This document shows positions 16,719 to 25,861 of a stretch of 64,000 bases of DNA, one piece after another (the stretch's first letter is position 1; each line of letters begins with the position of its first letter). Under the pieces are notes generated by a model. The model was not told the DNA's origin, did not search any database, and saw only the letters and a list, made by a program, of their open reading frames with translations. This DNA comes from Acidobacteriota bacterium (GTDB lineage Bacteria > Acidobacteriota > UBA6911 > RPQK01 > DATIPO01). The stretch is from positions 79,115 through 143,114 of the forward strand of contig DATIPQ010000017.1 of NCBI GenBank assembly GCA_035471785.1, written 5' to 3'. Made by a program: the position numbers and the translations under genes.

Positions 16719-17654
16719 TTGCCTCAGCCCCGCTGCCCCCTGTGCGGGTCGGGGGAAAGCCTGAGCCTGTGCAAGGCCCCTGACCGCCAATCGCCTCAGC
16801 GTCCGCGCCCCCGCTGGGAGGTGCGCCGCTGCCGGCAATGCGGCATCGGCTGGACCCATCCCCAGCCCACGCCCGAACAGATCCGCCAGGCCTATCCTTC
16901 CGCTTACCTGGGCGACACCGAGAAGACGATGCTGGAGTTCCGAAGGGGGAAATTGCAGAAGTCGCGCTCCTGGCGCAATGAAACCGACAAGGTGCGTCAC
17001 CTGGAGCGCCACCTGCAGAGAGGACGCATCCTCGACGTGGGCTGCGCCGACGGCAAATTTCTGTGGGCGCTTGATCCGCAGAGGTGGCAGCGCTGCGGAC
17101 TGGAGTTTCTGGAGGAGACGGTGGGCCTGGTCTCGCGGGAGATGCCCGGCCTGCAACTGACCGCCGGGAGGCTGGGGCAGGAGTCGCTGCCCGAGTCCTC
17201 CTTCGACGCCGTCACCCTCTGGCACGTGCTGGAACATCTGCCCCGTCCGCCTCAGGCCCTGCAGCGCCTTAACGCGCTGCTCAAGCCGGGCGGATTCCTG
17301 CTGCTGGCCGTCCCCAACCTGGACAGCCTGCAGGCCCGCCTCTTCGCTCGTCACTGGATGGGGCTGGATGTTCCCCGCCATCTCTTCCACTACTCGCCCC
17401 ACGTCCTCAGCAAGCTGGTGGAGGACGCCGGCTTCACCCTGGTGGAGCAGCGCTTTCAGTCCTCTCCCGTCAACATTCACCACATCAAGCACAGCCTGCT
17501 GGAGTGGAGCCTTCACCGCTTCTCCTCGCGCCTGCCCTACTACTTGCTGAAATGGAGCGTCTTCTGTTTAAACTGGGCCGAGCGCCTGAGCGCCCGCTAC
17601 GGAATGCTCCTGATCGTCGCCCGCAAGAAGGCGGACATGAGAGACCTACGATGA
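16719..17654 (+). CDS. Class I SAM-dependent methyltransferase with an N-terminal C4 zinc ribbon.
   Basis: CPLCGSGESLSLC...CRQCGIGW zinc ribbon. Methyltransferase motif I ILDVGCADGKFL and post-I LKPGGFLLLAVPNLDS. Confidence 0.7.
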   Translation: MPQPRCPLCGSGESLSLCKAPDRQSPQRPRPRWEVRRCRQCGIGWTHPQPTPEQIRQAYPSAYLGDTEKTMLEFRRGKLQKSRSWRNETDKVRHLERHLQRGRILDVGCADGKFLWALDPQRWQRCGLEFLEETVGLVSREMPGLQLTAGRLGQESLPESSFDAVTLWHVLEHLPRPPQALQRLNALLKPGGFLLLAVPNLDSLQARLFARHWMGLDVPRHLFHYSPHVLSKLVEDAGFTLVEQRFQSSPVNIHHIKHSLLEWSLHRFSSRLPYYLLKWSVFCLNWAERLSARYGMLLIVARKKADMRDLR

Positions 17655-18235
17655 ACAACCCCAGCCCCATCCGCCGCCTCGCAGGCTGGTTCCTGCGCTT
17701 CCTCTCCCCTGCCTCCGACCTGGGACGGGAGTCCCTCTGGCGCCGCTATCTGCGCCGAGCCGACAAAGCCGAAGCCCGTCGCGACCGCCGCAAGGTGGAA
17801 GCTGAGTTGCGAGCCGCCCACAAGCTGGCCCAGTCCTTCGGCAAGGACGACCTGCGCTACGTAGAAAGCGTCGAGCATCTGGCCGACTATTACGAGAACG
17901 CCAGCGACTATGTCCAATCCGAGGAGTTCTACAAAGAAGCCATCCGCTGCCGCATGGAAATCCAGGGACCCGACCATTTCGACCTGGGACGCACCATGAA
18001 CAACCTGGCCGTTCTCCACTACGCCCAGGGCAAGTTCGAAGAAGCCGTCCCTCTCTACCAGCGTGTCCTCAAGATCATCGAGGACGCGCGCGGCCCCGAA
18101 GACAAGGAAATCCCCGTCCTCTTAGGCAATCTGGCCGCCGTCATGCGCAAGCTCCACCGCGACCAAGAATCCGACCGCCTCCTGTCCCGCGCCAACGCCA
18201 TCCGCCGCAAACGCAAGCAGCAGTCGGCAGGGTGA
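17651..18235 (+). CDS. TPR-repeat protein.
   Basis: ATG at 17651 overlaps the upstream stop (ATGA). TPR-like helices: YYENASDYVQSEEFYKEAIRCRMEI and MNNLAVLHYAQGKFEEAVPLYQRVLKI. Confidence 0.55.
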   Translation: MNNPSPIRRLAGWFLRFLSPASDLGRESLWRRYLRRADKAEARRDRRKVEAELRAAHKLAQSFGKDDLRYVESVEHLADYYENASDYVQSEEFYKEAIRCRMEIQGPDHFDLGRTMNNLAVLHYAQGKFEEAVPLYQRVLKIIEDARGPEDKEIPVLLGNLAAVMRKLHRDQESDRLLSRANAIRRKRKQQSAG

Positions 18236-18275
18236 AGCACCCGCCTCCCCTGCTAAGATGTGGGCGAGCACGGTT

Positions 18276-18722
18276 ATGGACAAGCAAGCGCCGCGCAACG
18301 ACTCACTTTGGAGAGGTAAGGAACGTCCAGTCATCCTTTTTGACGGGGTGTGCAATCTTTGTGCTTGGTCGGTGCAGTTCGTTCTCAAGCGCGACCGGGA
18401 GGGGGTGTTTCGGTTCGCTTCCTTGCAGTCCGATGTGGCACCCGAGATTTTGGATGGCTGCCGCTTCGACGAGGATGATCTGGACAGCGTGGTGCTGGTT
18501 GATCGGGACGGCTGCTGGGCGCGTTCCGCCGCCGCGCTGCGCATTGCCCGGCGGTTGCGATTCCCCTGGCCGCTGCTATACGCCTTTGTCATCGTTCCCC
18601 GTCCCCTGCGCGACCTGCTCTATCGCTTCATCGCCCGCAACCGCTACCGCTGGTTCGGCCGCAAGGAGCAATGCTGGCTTCCGGATGACAACTGGAAGCA
18701 GCGCTTTCTCGACAGCGAATAG
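18276..18722 (+). CDS. Thiol-disulfide oxidoreductase DCC family (DUF393).
   Basis: The ILFDGVCNLCAWSVQFVLKRD motif (DxxCxxC) is diagnostic for DCC/DUF393. ATG at 18276. The track start at 18258 is also an ATG. Confidence 0.65.
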   Translation: MDKQAPRNDSLWRGKERPVILFDGVCNLCAWSVQFVLKRDREGVFRFASLQSDVAPEILDGCRFDEDDLDSVVLVDRDGCWARSAAALRIARRLRFPWPLLYAFVIVPRPLRDLLYRFIARNRYRWFGRKEQCWLPDDNWKQRFLDSE

Positions 18723-19006
18723 TAAGCCGCCTCAGTCGTCCGCCAACAGAGGACGCAGCACATCGTCGATGATGGGGCGCCAGGCTCTGGTGCTGTGGCC
18801 CTCCGGAAACTCCAGGACATGGACCTCTCCGCCGGCTCCCTCGAGAACCTTGATGAGGTCGAGAGCGTCGGGCAGGAAGCGCAGCATAGGTGCCGTAGGC
18901 CACGGAAAAGCGCGAGCTCTCATGCACACACGGTTTGGCGAGGCGGAAGTTCCCTCAATGTGCCCAGGGTCGCGCATGGACGAGACCGACGGTATGATGT
19001 CGGGCC

Positions 19007-19567
19007 ATGACGCGAGTCGAATACTCCAGCCTCAAGGAGGCCCTGATAGCCGCGGCAACCATGGGCGCCGCCAGCACGCTGGCGGATTTCCTATGGGCTT
19101 ACTGGAGCCTTCCTCACCGCATGCTTTACGGACTCCTGCACGGAGCGCTGCTGTGCCTTCTTCTGGGCCTGGTGCTGGGCCTGTTGGCTCCCCGGCGCCC
19201 CTGGATGCGGGCGGGGGCGGGCGCGCTGCTGGTGGGCGTGGCCTCGGCGGCCTCCTTTTATCTGCTGGCTCCCCTGCTGGGCTGGTCGGCCCTATTCGCT
19301 TCCTGGATGATCCTGTGGCTGCTGACGGCCATGCTCAACCGCTGGATCAGGGCCCAGACCTCCACTGCGGCCGTCGGCCTGCTGCGTGGCCTGTGCGCCG
19401 CCCTCCTCTCGGGAGCCGCCTTCTATGCCGTCTCCGACATGTGGCTTTCTCCTCCCCCCGGCGGCCCCGACTATCCTGTTTTCTTTCTCAAGTGGACGTT
19501 CGCTTTCCTGCCGGGGTTTGTCTGCCTGCTGATCCGCTGGTCGGACCTCGAGGCCGCCACCGATTGA
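19007..19567 (+). CDS. Hypothetical integral membrane protein.
   Basis: 186 aa with about five hydrophobic helices. No recognisable motif. Confidence 0.4.
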   Translation: MTRVEYSSLKEALIAAATMGAASTLADFLWAYWSLPHRMLYGLLHGALLCLLLGLVLGLLAPRRPWMRAGAGALLVGVASAASFYLLAPLLGWSALFASWMILWLLTAMLNRWIRAQTSTAAVGLLRGLCAALLSGAAFYAVSDMWLSPPPGGPDYPVFFLKWTFAFLPGFVCLLIRWSDLEAATD

Positions 19568-19625
19568 GGCGCAAAGCGGCTCCCGAATCGCACAAGAGCG
19601 CTCGACCGTCGTAGAATGCACCGCC

Positions 19626-21020
19626 ATGGCGCGCGTCAAGTCTCAGAAATTCGACCGCCACATTGTCGAGGGCCCCATTCACTCGGCGGTCTGGAAGCTG
19701 GCCTGGCCCACCATGCTGCAGAACGTGGTAGCCGGACTGCAAGGCATCGTCGACCACACCCTGATCGGCCACTATGTCGGTTTTGAAGGCAACGCCGCCG
19801 TGGGCGTCAGTTGGCAGATCTTTCTGGTGGTGGTGGTGTTCGTGGGCTCCGTCTTCACCGGCATGGGGATCCTGGTGGCCCGCTTCGCCGGCGCCGGCGA
19901 CTCGGAAAAGGTCAACCGCGTCGTCTACCAGGCCTGCCTGGTGGCCTTCATCATCACCGGCGGCATCCTGGCCCCCGCCGGATACCTGCTGGCCCCCACC
20001 CTGCTCGACTGGGTCAACGCCGCCCCCGAGGTCCAGGCCGAAGCCCTGCCCTACTTGCGCACCATCCTGGTCTTCAGCATCGGGATGCTCTTCTATTTTC
20101 TCATCGCCGGCGCGCTGCGCGCCGCCGGGGACGCCCGCACTCCGCTGCGGCTGGGCCTGATGATGACCTTCCTCAACCTGGGGCTGAGCGTCATCCTCAT
20201 CCGCGGACTGGGCCCCATCCCCGCCTTCGGGACCATAGGCGCCGCCATGGGGACGGTGATCGCCTCGGGACTGGTGTCGCTGATAGCCTTCTACCTGCTC
20301 TGGAGCAAGCAACTGGTGGTGCGCATGGGCGGCTGCTGGAAGCCTGACTTCCGCATCATCCGCCAACTCTTCCGCTTCGGACTGCCTACCGGATTCCAGG
20401 GAATCGCCATGAACCTGGGAGGCGTGCTGCTGATGGGATTCGTGGGGGCCCTGCCCAACAGCGCGGAGGCCCAGGCCGCCTACGTGGTGGCCTACACTCA
20501 GCTCTTCTCGCTCATTACCTGGACCTCGGTAGGACTGATGGCCGCCACCTCCACCGTGGTGGGACAGAACCTGGGCGCCGGCCTGCTCCACCGGGCCAGA
20601 CGCGCAGCCGTCACCGGAGCCGCTATCGGCCTCTTGGTTGCCATAGCCATGGGGACGCTCTACCTTGCCTTCCCCGAGCCGCTGCTCAAGATCTTCGGAC
20701 TGGAAGACGAAACCGTGCTGGCGCTGGGCCGCCAATTGCTGGGCTATCTGAGCGTGTCGGGACTCTTCGTGACAGTGGCGCTCAACTACAACGGAGCCCT
20801 CCAGGGCAGCGGAGACACCCGCTCTCCGATGGTGGTCACGGTCATCTCGCAACTGATCGTCCCCGTGGGCATCCTCTTCGCCGTCCAGCACTACTCGACG
20901 CTTCAGCCCGGCCATGTTTGGCTGGCCATCGTCATCGGACACTTCCTTCGCGGCACCCTCAACGTCATCCGCTTCCACCAGGGCCGCTGGATCGACATCA
21001 AAGTCGATATCGACAACTGA
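19626..21020 (+). CDS. MATE family efflux transporter.
   Basis: N-terminus MARVKSQKFDRHIVEGPIHSAVWKLAWPTMLQNVVAGLQGIVDHTLIGHYVG is canonical for the MATE/NorM family. 12 TM helices, 464 aa. Confidence 0.85.
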   Translation: MARVKSQKFDRHIVEGPIHSAVWKLAWPTMLQNVVAGLQGIVDHTLIGHYVGFEGNAAVGVSWQIFLVVVVFVGSVFTGMGILVARFAGAGDSEKVNRVVYQACLVAFIITGGILAPAGYLLAPTLLDWVNAAPEVQAEALPYLRTILVFSIGMLFYFLIAGALRAAGDARTPLRLGLMMTFLNLGLSVILIRGLGPIPAFGTIGAAMGTVIASGLVSLIAFYLLWSKQLVVRMGGCWKPDFRIIRQLFRFGLPTGFQGIAMNLGGVLLMGFVGALPNSAEAQAAYVVAYTQLFSLITWTSVGLMAATSTVVGQNLGAGLLHRARRAAVTGAAIGLLVAIAMGTLYLAFPEPLLKIFGLEDETVLALGRQLLGYLSVSGLFVTVALNYNGALQGSGDTRSPMVVTVISQLIVPVGILFAVQHYSTLQPGHVWLAIVIGHFLRGTLNVIRFHQGRWIDIKVDIDN

Positions 21021-21045
21021 AAAGGCCCGCCGGGGCGGGCCTTGA
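21020..21045. terminator. GC-rich hairpin between the convergent MATE and TonB-like genes. Possible bidirectional terminator.
   Basis: aaaaGGCCCGCCggGGCGGGCCttgag. An 8-bp GC stem, an A-run on the 5' side, and a weak T-run on the 3' side. Confidence 0.35.
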
Positions 21046-21079
21046 GTGCTCTTTGCGCCTCATGAGAGGACGCGCCGCT

Positions 21080-24000
21080 CTAAAACGTGAACTTGAGGCC
21101 CAGTTGCACTTGACGCGGATCGCCGACTCCGGCCCGCAGGAAACCGTCGAAGTTGAACAATCCGGGCGTGGTGAGCGGATTGATGTTGTTGTCGTTGTTG
21201 AAGGTGTTGAACATCTCCACCAGGGGAATGAGGGCGTAGCGGCCGTCTCCCCAGCGGAAGGGCCGCTGGATGCGCCAATCCCAGGAGAAGAACTCGTTGT
21301 CCTTCCTCAAGGTATTGCGTCCGCAGTCGATGCCGTCCACCACCCGGGTGCGGATGTTCTGCGGGTTGCAGGGAGGGCCCGATCCGTTGCCGGCCGGATT
21401 GGTGGTGATGGGCTGTGCCGAACGGCCCTGGACGCGGCTGCTGAAGTCGATGCCGCCGGGAAGCAGCGCCGACAGCACCAGATTGAACTTGTGGGCGATG
21501 TCGCGGTCGCTGAGGGCATAGTCGGCGTCCAGGTTGAAGCGGTTGAAGGCGCGGAAGGTGAAAGGATCGCGCTCGTTGGAATCGTCGTCGTAGTCGCGCG
21601 CGTAAGTGTAGTTCCACTCCATCGAGAAGTCGTTGGAAAAGCGCTTGCGCATTCCCACCACCACTCCGCGGTAAAGCGACTTGGCGCTGGAACTGGTCAG
21701 CGCCACTTCGCCCAACTGGGGGCCGAAGGGGTTGGGGCCGAGATAGGTGACGACGTCGCCGTTCTCGGGCAGGGCCGTGGGAGCAGAACCGTTGTTGATG
21801 TTCAAGAAACGGGTCAGGTAGACGCCCTTCGACCAGGTGAAATCGACGTAGGCCACCCAATCCTGAGCGAATTGCTGCTCAAAGGACGTATTGACGGTGT
21901 AGATGCGCGGATTGCGGTAGTCCTCGGCAAAGATGCGCACGCCTGTGAAGAGCGGGAACTCGCCGGGCGGCAGGGGATCGGGTTCCACCGTGAAGGGCCA
22001 AGTGGGCCGGATGGTGGGATTGGCGAAAGCGCCTCCGGCGATGGTCTGCTGCTGCTCGCCGTTGGTGGTGATCGATCCCACCTGGGTGAGCATGTTCTGG
22101 CGCGCGTTGAAGACGCCGGCGCTGGCCCGCCATACCGACTTGCGGGTGCCGCCCACGTCCCAGGCGAAGCCGATGCGGGGCTGCCACATCGAAGTTTCGT
22201 CGGGGATGGTGCCGTCGGAGGGAAAACGGGGATCGCCCAAGAGGTTTCCGTAAGCCGTCTGAGAGGGCGGAACGACCACTTCGGGGAAGAGCTGGGCTTC
22301 ATAGCGCAGGCCCAGATTCAGCGTAAAGGTGGGATGCAACTGCCACTTGTCCTGGATGAAGAAGGCCAGGTCCTCGTTGGTGATGTTTGAAAAGCCGGTG
22401 GCGTCGCTCGTCGGACCGCGCACTCCCGCTCCCTGCAGATAGAGCAGCAGCGGGCTTCCGAAAGAGCCTACGCCGTCCGGGCAGCCGATGGATAGATCGG
22501 TGAAGCTTCCGTCGGCGCAGGCTTCCACGTCAGGCCCGAAGCCGGGTCCCATGTCGGCGGGAGAAGCATAGCGCAGGAATCCCACCACGTCGCCGAAGAT
22601 GTAGCGTCCGGTGAAGAACCCGCGGAAGACCTGCTCGTTGAGCGAATGCAGCCATTCGCCCCCCAACTTGATGGTGTGGTCGCCCCTGATCAAGGTGAAG
22701 TTGTCGCGCAACTGGGTGCGCCAGAAGAGTTCGTCGATATCGGGCTGCAGAAAGAAAGGGTTGCCGAAGCGGAAGGTGGTCTCGAATCCGATGGCGGTAT
22801 CGGCGGGGACATTGGATTCGGTAGCCGAGCGGGGCCTGTTTTCGCGCGAGTAAGTGAAGTGAAACTCGTTGAGCGCAGTGGGCGTAATGCTGGAAAACCA
22901 ATTCAAATGTGCCGTCTGGATCTCGCCCGGCCCCTCGGTGCCGTTGGCCGAGTTGCCGTAAGTGGGCACGTCGAAGGTTTCGTTCTCTTTCTTGGAGCGC
23001 GTGTAGTTGTAGGAGGCCGAGAGGTTGTTGGTGTCGCTGATGGTCCAGTCATACTTGGCCAGAAGAGAACTGTTGTTGACGGGACGCTCAACCGGCGCTC
23101 CCTCGTTCTGTCCCCGTGATTGCTGGAAGAAATCGATCAGCGCCAAGCGCTGGCAATCGGCGTTGGAGCCGATCAGGTCCTGGTTGTCCATGAGGTTGGG
23201 GCTGGCGGTGGGGCAGGGCGTGTCGCCCACCACGGCGCTGAGATTGTCGCGGGTGAGATTTCCCGTGATTTGCTCGAAGGCAAAGAAATAGAACATCTTG
23301 TCGCGCTGGATGGGGCCGCCGATGGTTCCCCCGAACTGCTCGCGGTGAAAGTCTGTCAGCGGCCTGCCGTCCGAGGTGTTGGCGCTCAGCGACTCCAGCC
23401 GCTGGAAGTGGAAGAGGCTGCCGTGGACTTCGTTGGTGCCGCTCTTGGTGACGACGTTGACGATGCCGCCGGCCGAGCGTCCGAATTCGGCGTTGGCGCC
23501 GGTGGCGATGACCTGAAACTCCTGCACGGCTTCCATGGTGATGTCGACGGCGGCCCGCTGTCCGCCCACCTGCTCCCCGAAGAAGCCGTTGTTGTAGTCG
23601 CCTCCGTCCAAGCTGATGTTGTTGAAGATGCCGCGCTGGCCGTTGAAGTTGATCTCGTCGCCGTCCGGTCCCTGAACGATGCTGACGCCCGGCGTCAGGG
23701 TCAGCAGGTCTTCGAACTTGCGTCCCAGCACCGGCGTGGATTCGATGGTGGCGGAATCAAGGGTGGTGGAGGATTCGATCTTGGCCGTGTCCAGCAGAGG
23801 CGTTCCGGTGACAACGACGGTTTCATCCACCGAAGAGACCTTCAGTTGAAGGTCCAGGGAGATGACTTTCCCCACCGTCAATTGCACGTCCTCCTGGCGC
23901 AGGTTGGCGAAGCCCTCCATCGTCACTTCGACGTTGTACCGGCCTGAGGGAAGCTGGGGAGCGAGAAAACGGCCGTCGTCGCCGGTGATGAAATTTCTCT

Positions 24001-24190
24001 CCAGATTGGTCCCCACGTTCACCACCCGAACCGAGGCGCCAGGCACGACGCCGCCCGATTCGTCGGTGACGACTCCTTCGATAACGCCGGTTGTGATTTG
24101 CGCCTGTCCCAGTGCCGCCGTTCCGGCCAGCAAGACGAACAGGACGCACAATACCCCTCTTCTCGGTAGCTGCATCGTTCGGTCCTCCAT
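21080..24190 (-). CDS. Outer-membrane TonB-dependent-receptor-like protein with an N-terminal carboxypeptidase-regulatory-like domain.
   Basis: Signal peptide (MQLPRRGVLCVLFVLLAGTAALGQAQ). CarboxypepD_reg-like start ITTGVIEGVVTDESGGVVPGASVRVVNVGTNLERNFITGDDGRFLAPQLPSGRYNVEVTMEGF. Long beta-rich body ending in the C-terminal aromatic ...QLGLKFTF. The internal ATG at 24175 is the more likely start. Confidence 0.8.
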   Translation of the reverse strand: MEDRTMQLPRRGVLCVLFVLLAGTAALGQAQITTGVIEGVVTDESGGVVPGASVRVVNVGTNLERNFITGDDGRFLAPQLPSGRYNVEVTMEGFANLRQEDVQLTVGKVISLDLQLKVSSVDETVVVTGTPLLDTAKIESSTTLDSATIESTPVLGRKFEDLLTLTPGVSIVQGPDGDEINFNGQRGIFNNISLDGGDYNNGFFGEQVGGQRAAVDITMEAVQEFQVIATGANAEFGRSAGGIVNVVTKSGTNEVHGSLFHFQRLESLSANTSDGRPLTDFHREQFGGTIGGPIQRDKMFYFFAFEQITGNLTRDNLSAVVGDTPCPTASPNLMDNQDLIGSNADCQRLALIDFFQQSRGQNEGAPVERPVNNSSLLAKYDWTISDTNNLSASYNYTRSKKENETFDVPTYGNSANGTEGPGEIQTAHLNWFSSITPTALNEFHFTYSRENRPRSATESNVPADTAIGFETTFRFGNPFFLQPDIDELFWRTQLRDNFTLIRGDHTIKLGGEWLHSLNEQVFRGFFTGRYIFGDVVGFLRYASPADMGPGFGPDVEACADGSFTDLSIGCPDGVGSFGSPLLLYLQGAGVRGPTSDATGFSNITNEDLAFFIQDKWQLHPTFTLNLGLRYEAQLFPEVVVPPSQTAYGNLLGDPRFPSDGTIPDETSMWQPRIGFAWDVGGTRKSVWRASAGVFNARQNMLTQVGSITTNGEQQQTIAGGAFANPTIRPTWPFTVEPDPLPPGEFPLFTGVRIFAEDYRNPRIYTVNTSFEQQFAQDWVAYVDFTWSKGVYLTRFLNINNGSAPTALPENGDVVTYLGPNPFGPQLGEVALTSSSAKSLYRGVVVGMRKRFSNDFSMEWNYTYARDYDDDSNERDPFTFRAFNRFNLDADYALSDRDIAHKFNLVLSALLPGGIDFSSRVQGRSAQPITTNPAGNGSGPPCNPQNIRTRVVDGIDCGRNTLRKDNEFFSWDWRIQRPFRWGDGRYALIPLVEMFNTFNNDNNINPLTTPGLFNFDGFLRAGVGDPRQVQLGLKFTF

Positions 24191-24324
24191 CAGTAGATTT
24201 CTAGGTCCCCTTGAGCGTGAATCGATTCGTTGTTCGGCTGGAATTCGATTATAGAAGGGGGGTATGCAGGACGCAATGAGTATTCCCCTGAAACGGCCTC
24301 GTCAGCAGACCGTTGAGGGTCTGG

Positions 24325-25203
24325 CTAATGGGATCGGGCCATGGGGAGTGCCGTCCCGCCCGGCAGCTTGGAGAGGATGTCGCGGACCTGGGGGGCGTAG
24401 CCATGCTCGGGATAGCGCTGCAAGTACGTCTCGAAGGCGATGCGGGCCTCCTGGTTGCGTTCCAGGTGTTGCAGGAGTTGGCCCCGAAAGAGCACCGAGT
24501 CGGGCATGAAGGGGGAGGACGGATAGCCTGCTTCGAGCGTTTCGAGCGTTTTCAGCGATTCCATGACCTGGCCCGACATAGACAGTCCTACGGCGCGATA
24601 ATAAAGGGCTTGATCGGCCCTCTTCAGGCTGTTCCCGGCATCGGCGCGCAGATAATCGGCGTAGGCTTGGGCAGCCTCCTTCCACTGCTCCCTGTCGCGC
24701 AGCCTTTCGGCGATCAGGAACTGGGCTTGGGCGTCGGAAGGATCGGCGTCGATCCTCTCCAGCAGGACGCGGAAGCTGTTGGGGCCGGTGGCCTGGTCGA
24801 GCTTGCGCCGCAGTTCGTCAGCCGGCGTATATCCCGTAAAACGGTCCCACTCGCGGCCTTTGGCGTCGAGCACCAGCATTCCCGGAAAGCTGTCGACGCG
24901 AAATCGCTCCCGCAAGGCGATGCCATGCTGGTCCTTCTCGGCGTCCAGCTTGAGCCAGATGAAATCGTCACCGACGTCTTCGATCAGCGATCGGTCCTTG
25001 AGCGTGGTCGCCTCCATCTGGCGGCAGTAGGTACAAGTGTCGGTTTCAAGGTAGGCGAAAATGGGCTTTCCCTGCTCCTGGGCACGGAACAGGGCCTCGT
25101 CATAGTCGTGGATCCAGTCGAATCCATCGGCCTGCGCGCTCATGCAGGCGGCGGCCACAGGGAGGAGAAGGAAGATGAGGAGGTGGGTCAACAGCTTGCT
25201 CAT
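24325..25203 (-). CDS. Secreted thioredoxin-fold protein with a C-terminal TPR region.
   Basis: Signal peptide. Thioredoxin-like segment KPIFAYLETDTCTYCRQMEATTL (CxxC). C-terminal TPR-like helices AQAYADYLRADAGNSLKRADQALYYRAVGL. Confidence 0.55.
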   Translation of the reverse strand: MSKLLTHLLIFLLLPVAAACMSAQADGFDWIHDYDEALFRAQEQGKPIFAYLETDTCTYCRQMEATTLKDRSLIEDVGDDFIWLKLDAEKDQHGIALRERFRVDSFPGMLVLDAKGREWDRFTGYTPADELRRKLDQATGPNSFRVLLERIDADPSDAQAQFLIAERLRDREQWKEAAQAYADYLRADAGNSLKRADQALYYRAVGLSMSGQVMESLKTLETLEAGYPSSPFMPDSVLFRGQLLQHLERNQEARIAFETYLQRYPEHGYAPQVRDILSKLPGGTALPMARSH

Positions 25204-25766
25204 GGTGTGTTCTCCGCGACGAGGTCGTCGCCGCTGTCGAAAATGCCGTCAGGACCGGCAGAGCGCAAATCGAATCCCCCGCCCTTGACCTGGTAGCGGT
25301 AGGGTCGGGACCAGGGGTCGAAACGAATGACCTGGGCCATGTACTTGGGGGTGAGCAGGTCGATCAAGGCCCGAAAGTCGACCGCCTGAGGATGCCTGGA
25401 GTGCTCCTGGCGGTAGCGTTGCAGACCCTGGGCGATCAAATTCAAATGCCGGCGGCCCGTCTCGGCCCGTTGGGCGTTGAGCAGGGCCAGCAGATGTTCG
25501 GCCTTTTCCCAGCGCCGGTCGCCCAGGCGGATCTCCTCGAGGTGCCAGACTCCCTCTTTCTTGCGCAGCTTGACGGCCGTCCTGACGGTAACCTCGGCGG
25601 TGGCGAAGTCGCCGCTGGCCTTCAGGTTCTCGACCTGGACGCTCTTTTCGCCGAGTTGGGCGCTGTCGAATCCGCCCACCGCCGCCGCAACCTGATCCTG
25701 GGTGCTCTTGCCGCAAGAACAAACGGCCACAGCCGTCAAAATAAGCGCGAAAGTAAGCCGCCTCAT
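25200..25766 (-). CDS. Lipoprotein with a type II secretion GspG-like C-terminal domain.
   Basis: Lipobox AVCSCG rather than a prepilin leader. The C-terminus DPWSRPYRYQVKGGGFDLRSAGPDGIFDSGDDLVAEN resembles the conserved pseudopilin GspG C-terminal motif. Confidence 0.4.
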   Translation of the reverse strand: MRRLTFALILTAVAVCSCGKSTQDQVAAAVGGFDSAQLGEKSVQVENLKASGDFATAEVTVRTAVKLRKKEGVWHLEEIRLGDRRWEKAEHLLALLNAQRAETGRRHLNLIAQGLQRYRQEHSRHPQAVDFRALIDLLTPKYMAQVIRFDPWSRPYRYQVKGGGFDLRSAGPDGIFDSGDDLVAENTP

Positions 25767-25861
25767 AACCTCATTAGAATAGCATAGGGTGAATTGCAGA
25801 GAGCCCGCGGCGGACTCGCCCGGCAGGGCGCCGGCGCGCTATCATAACCGTTTCTCGGCCC

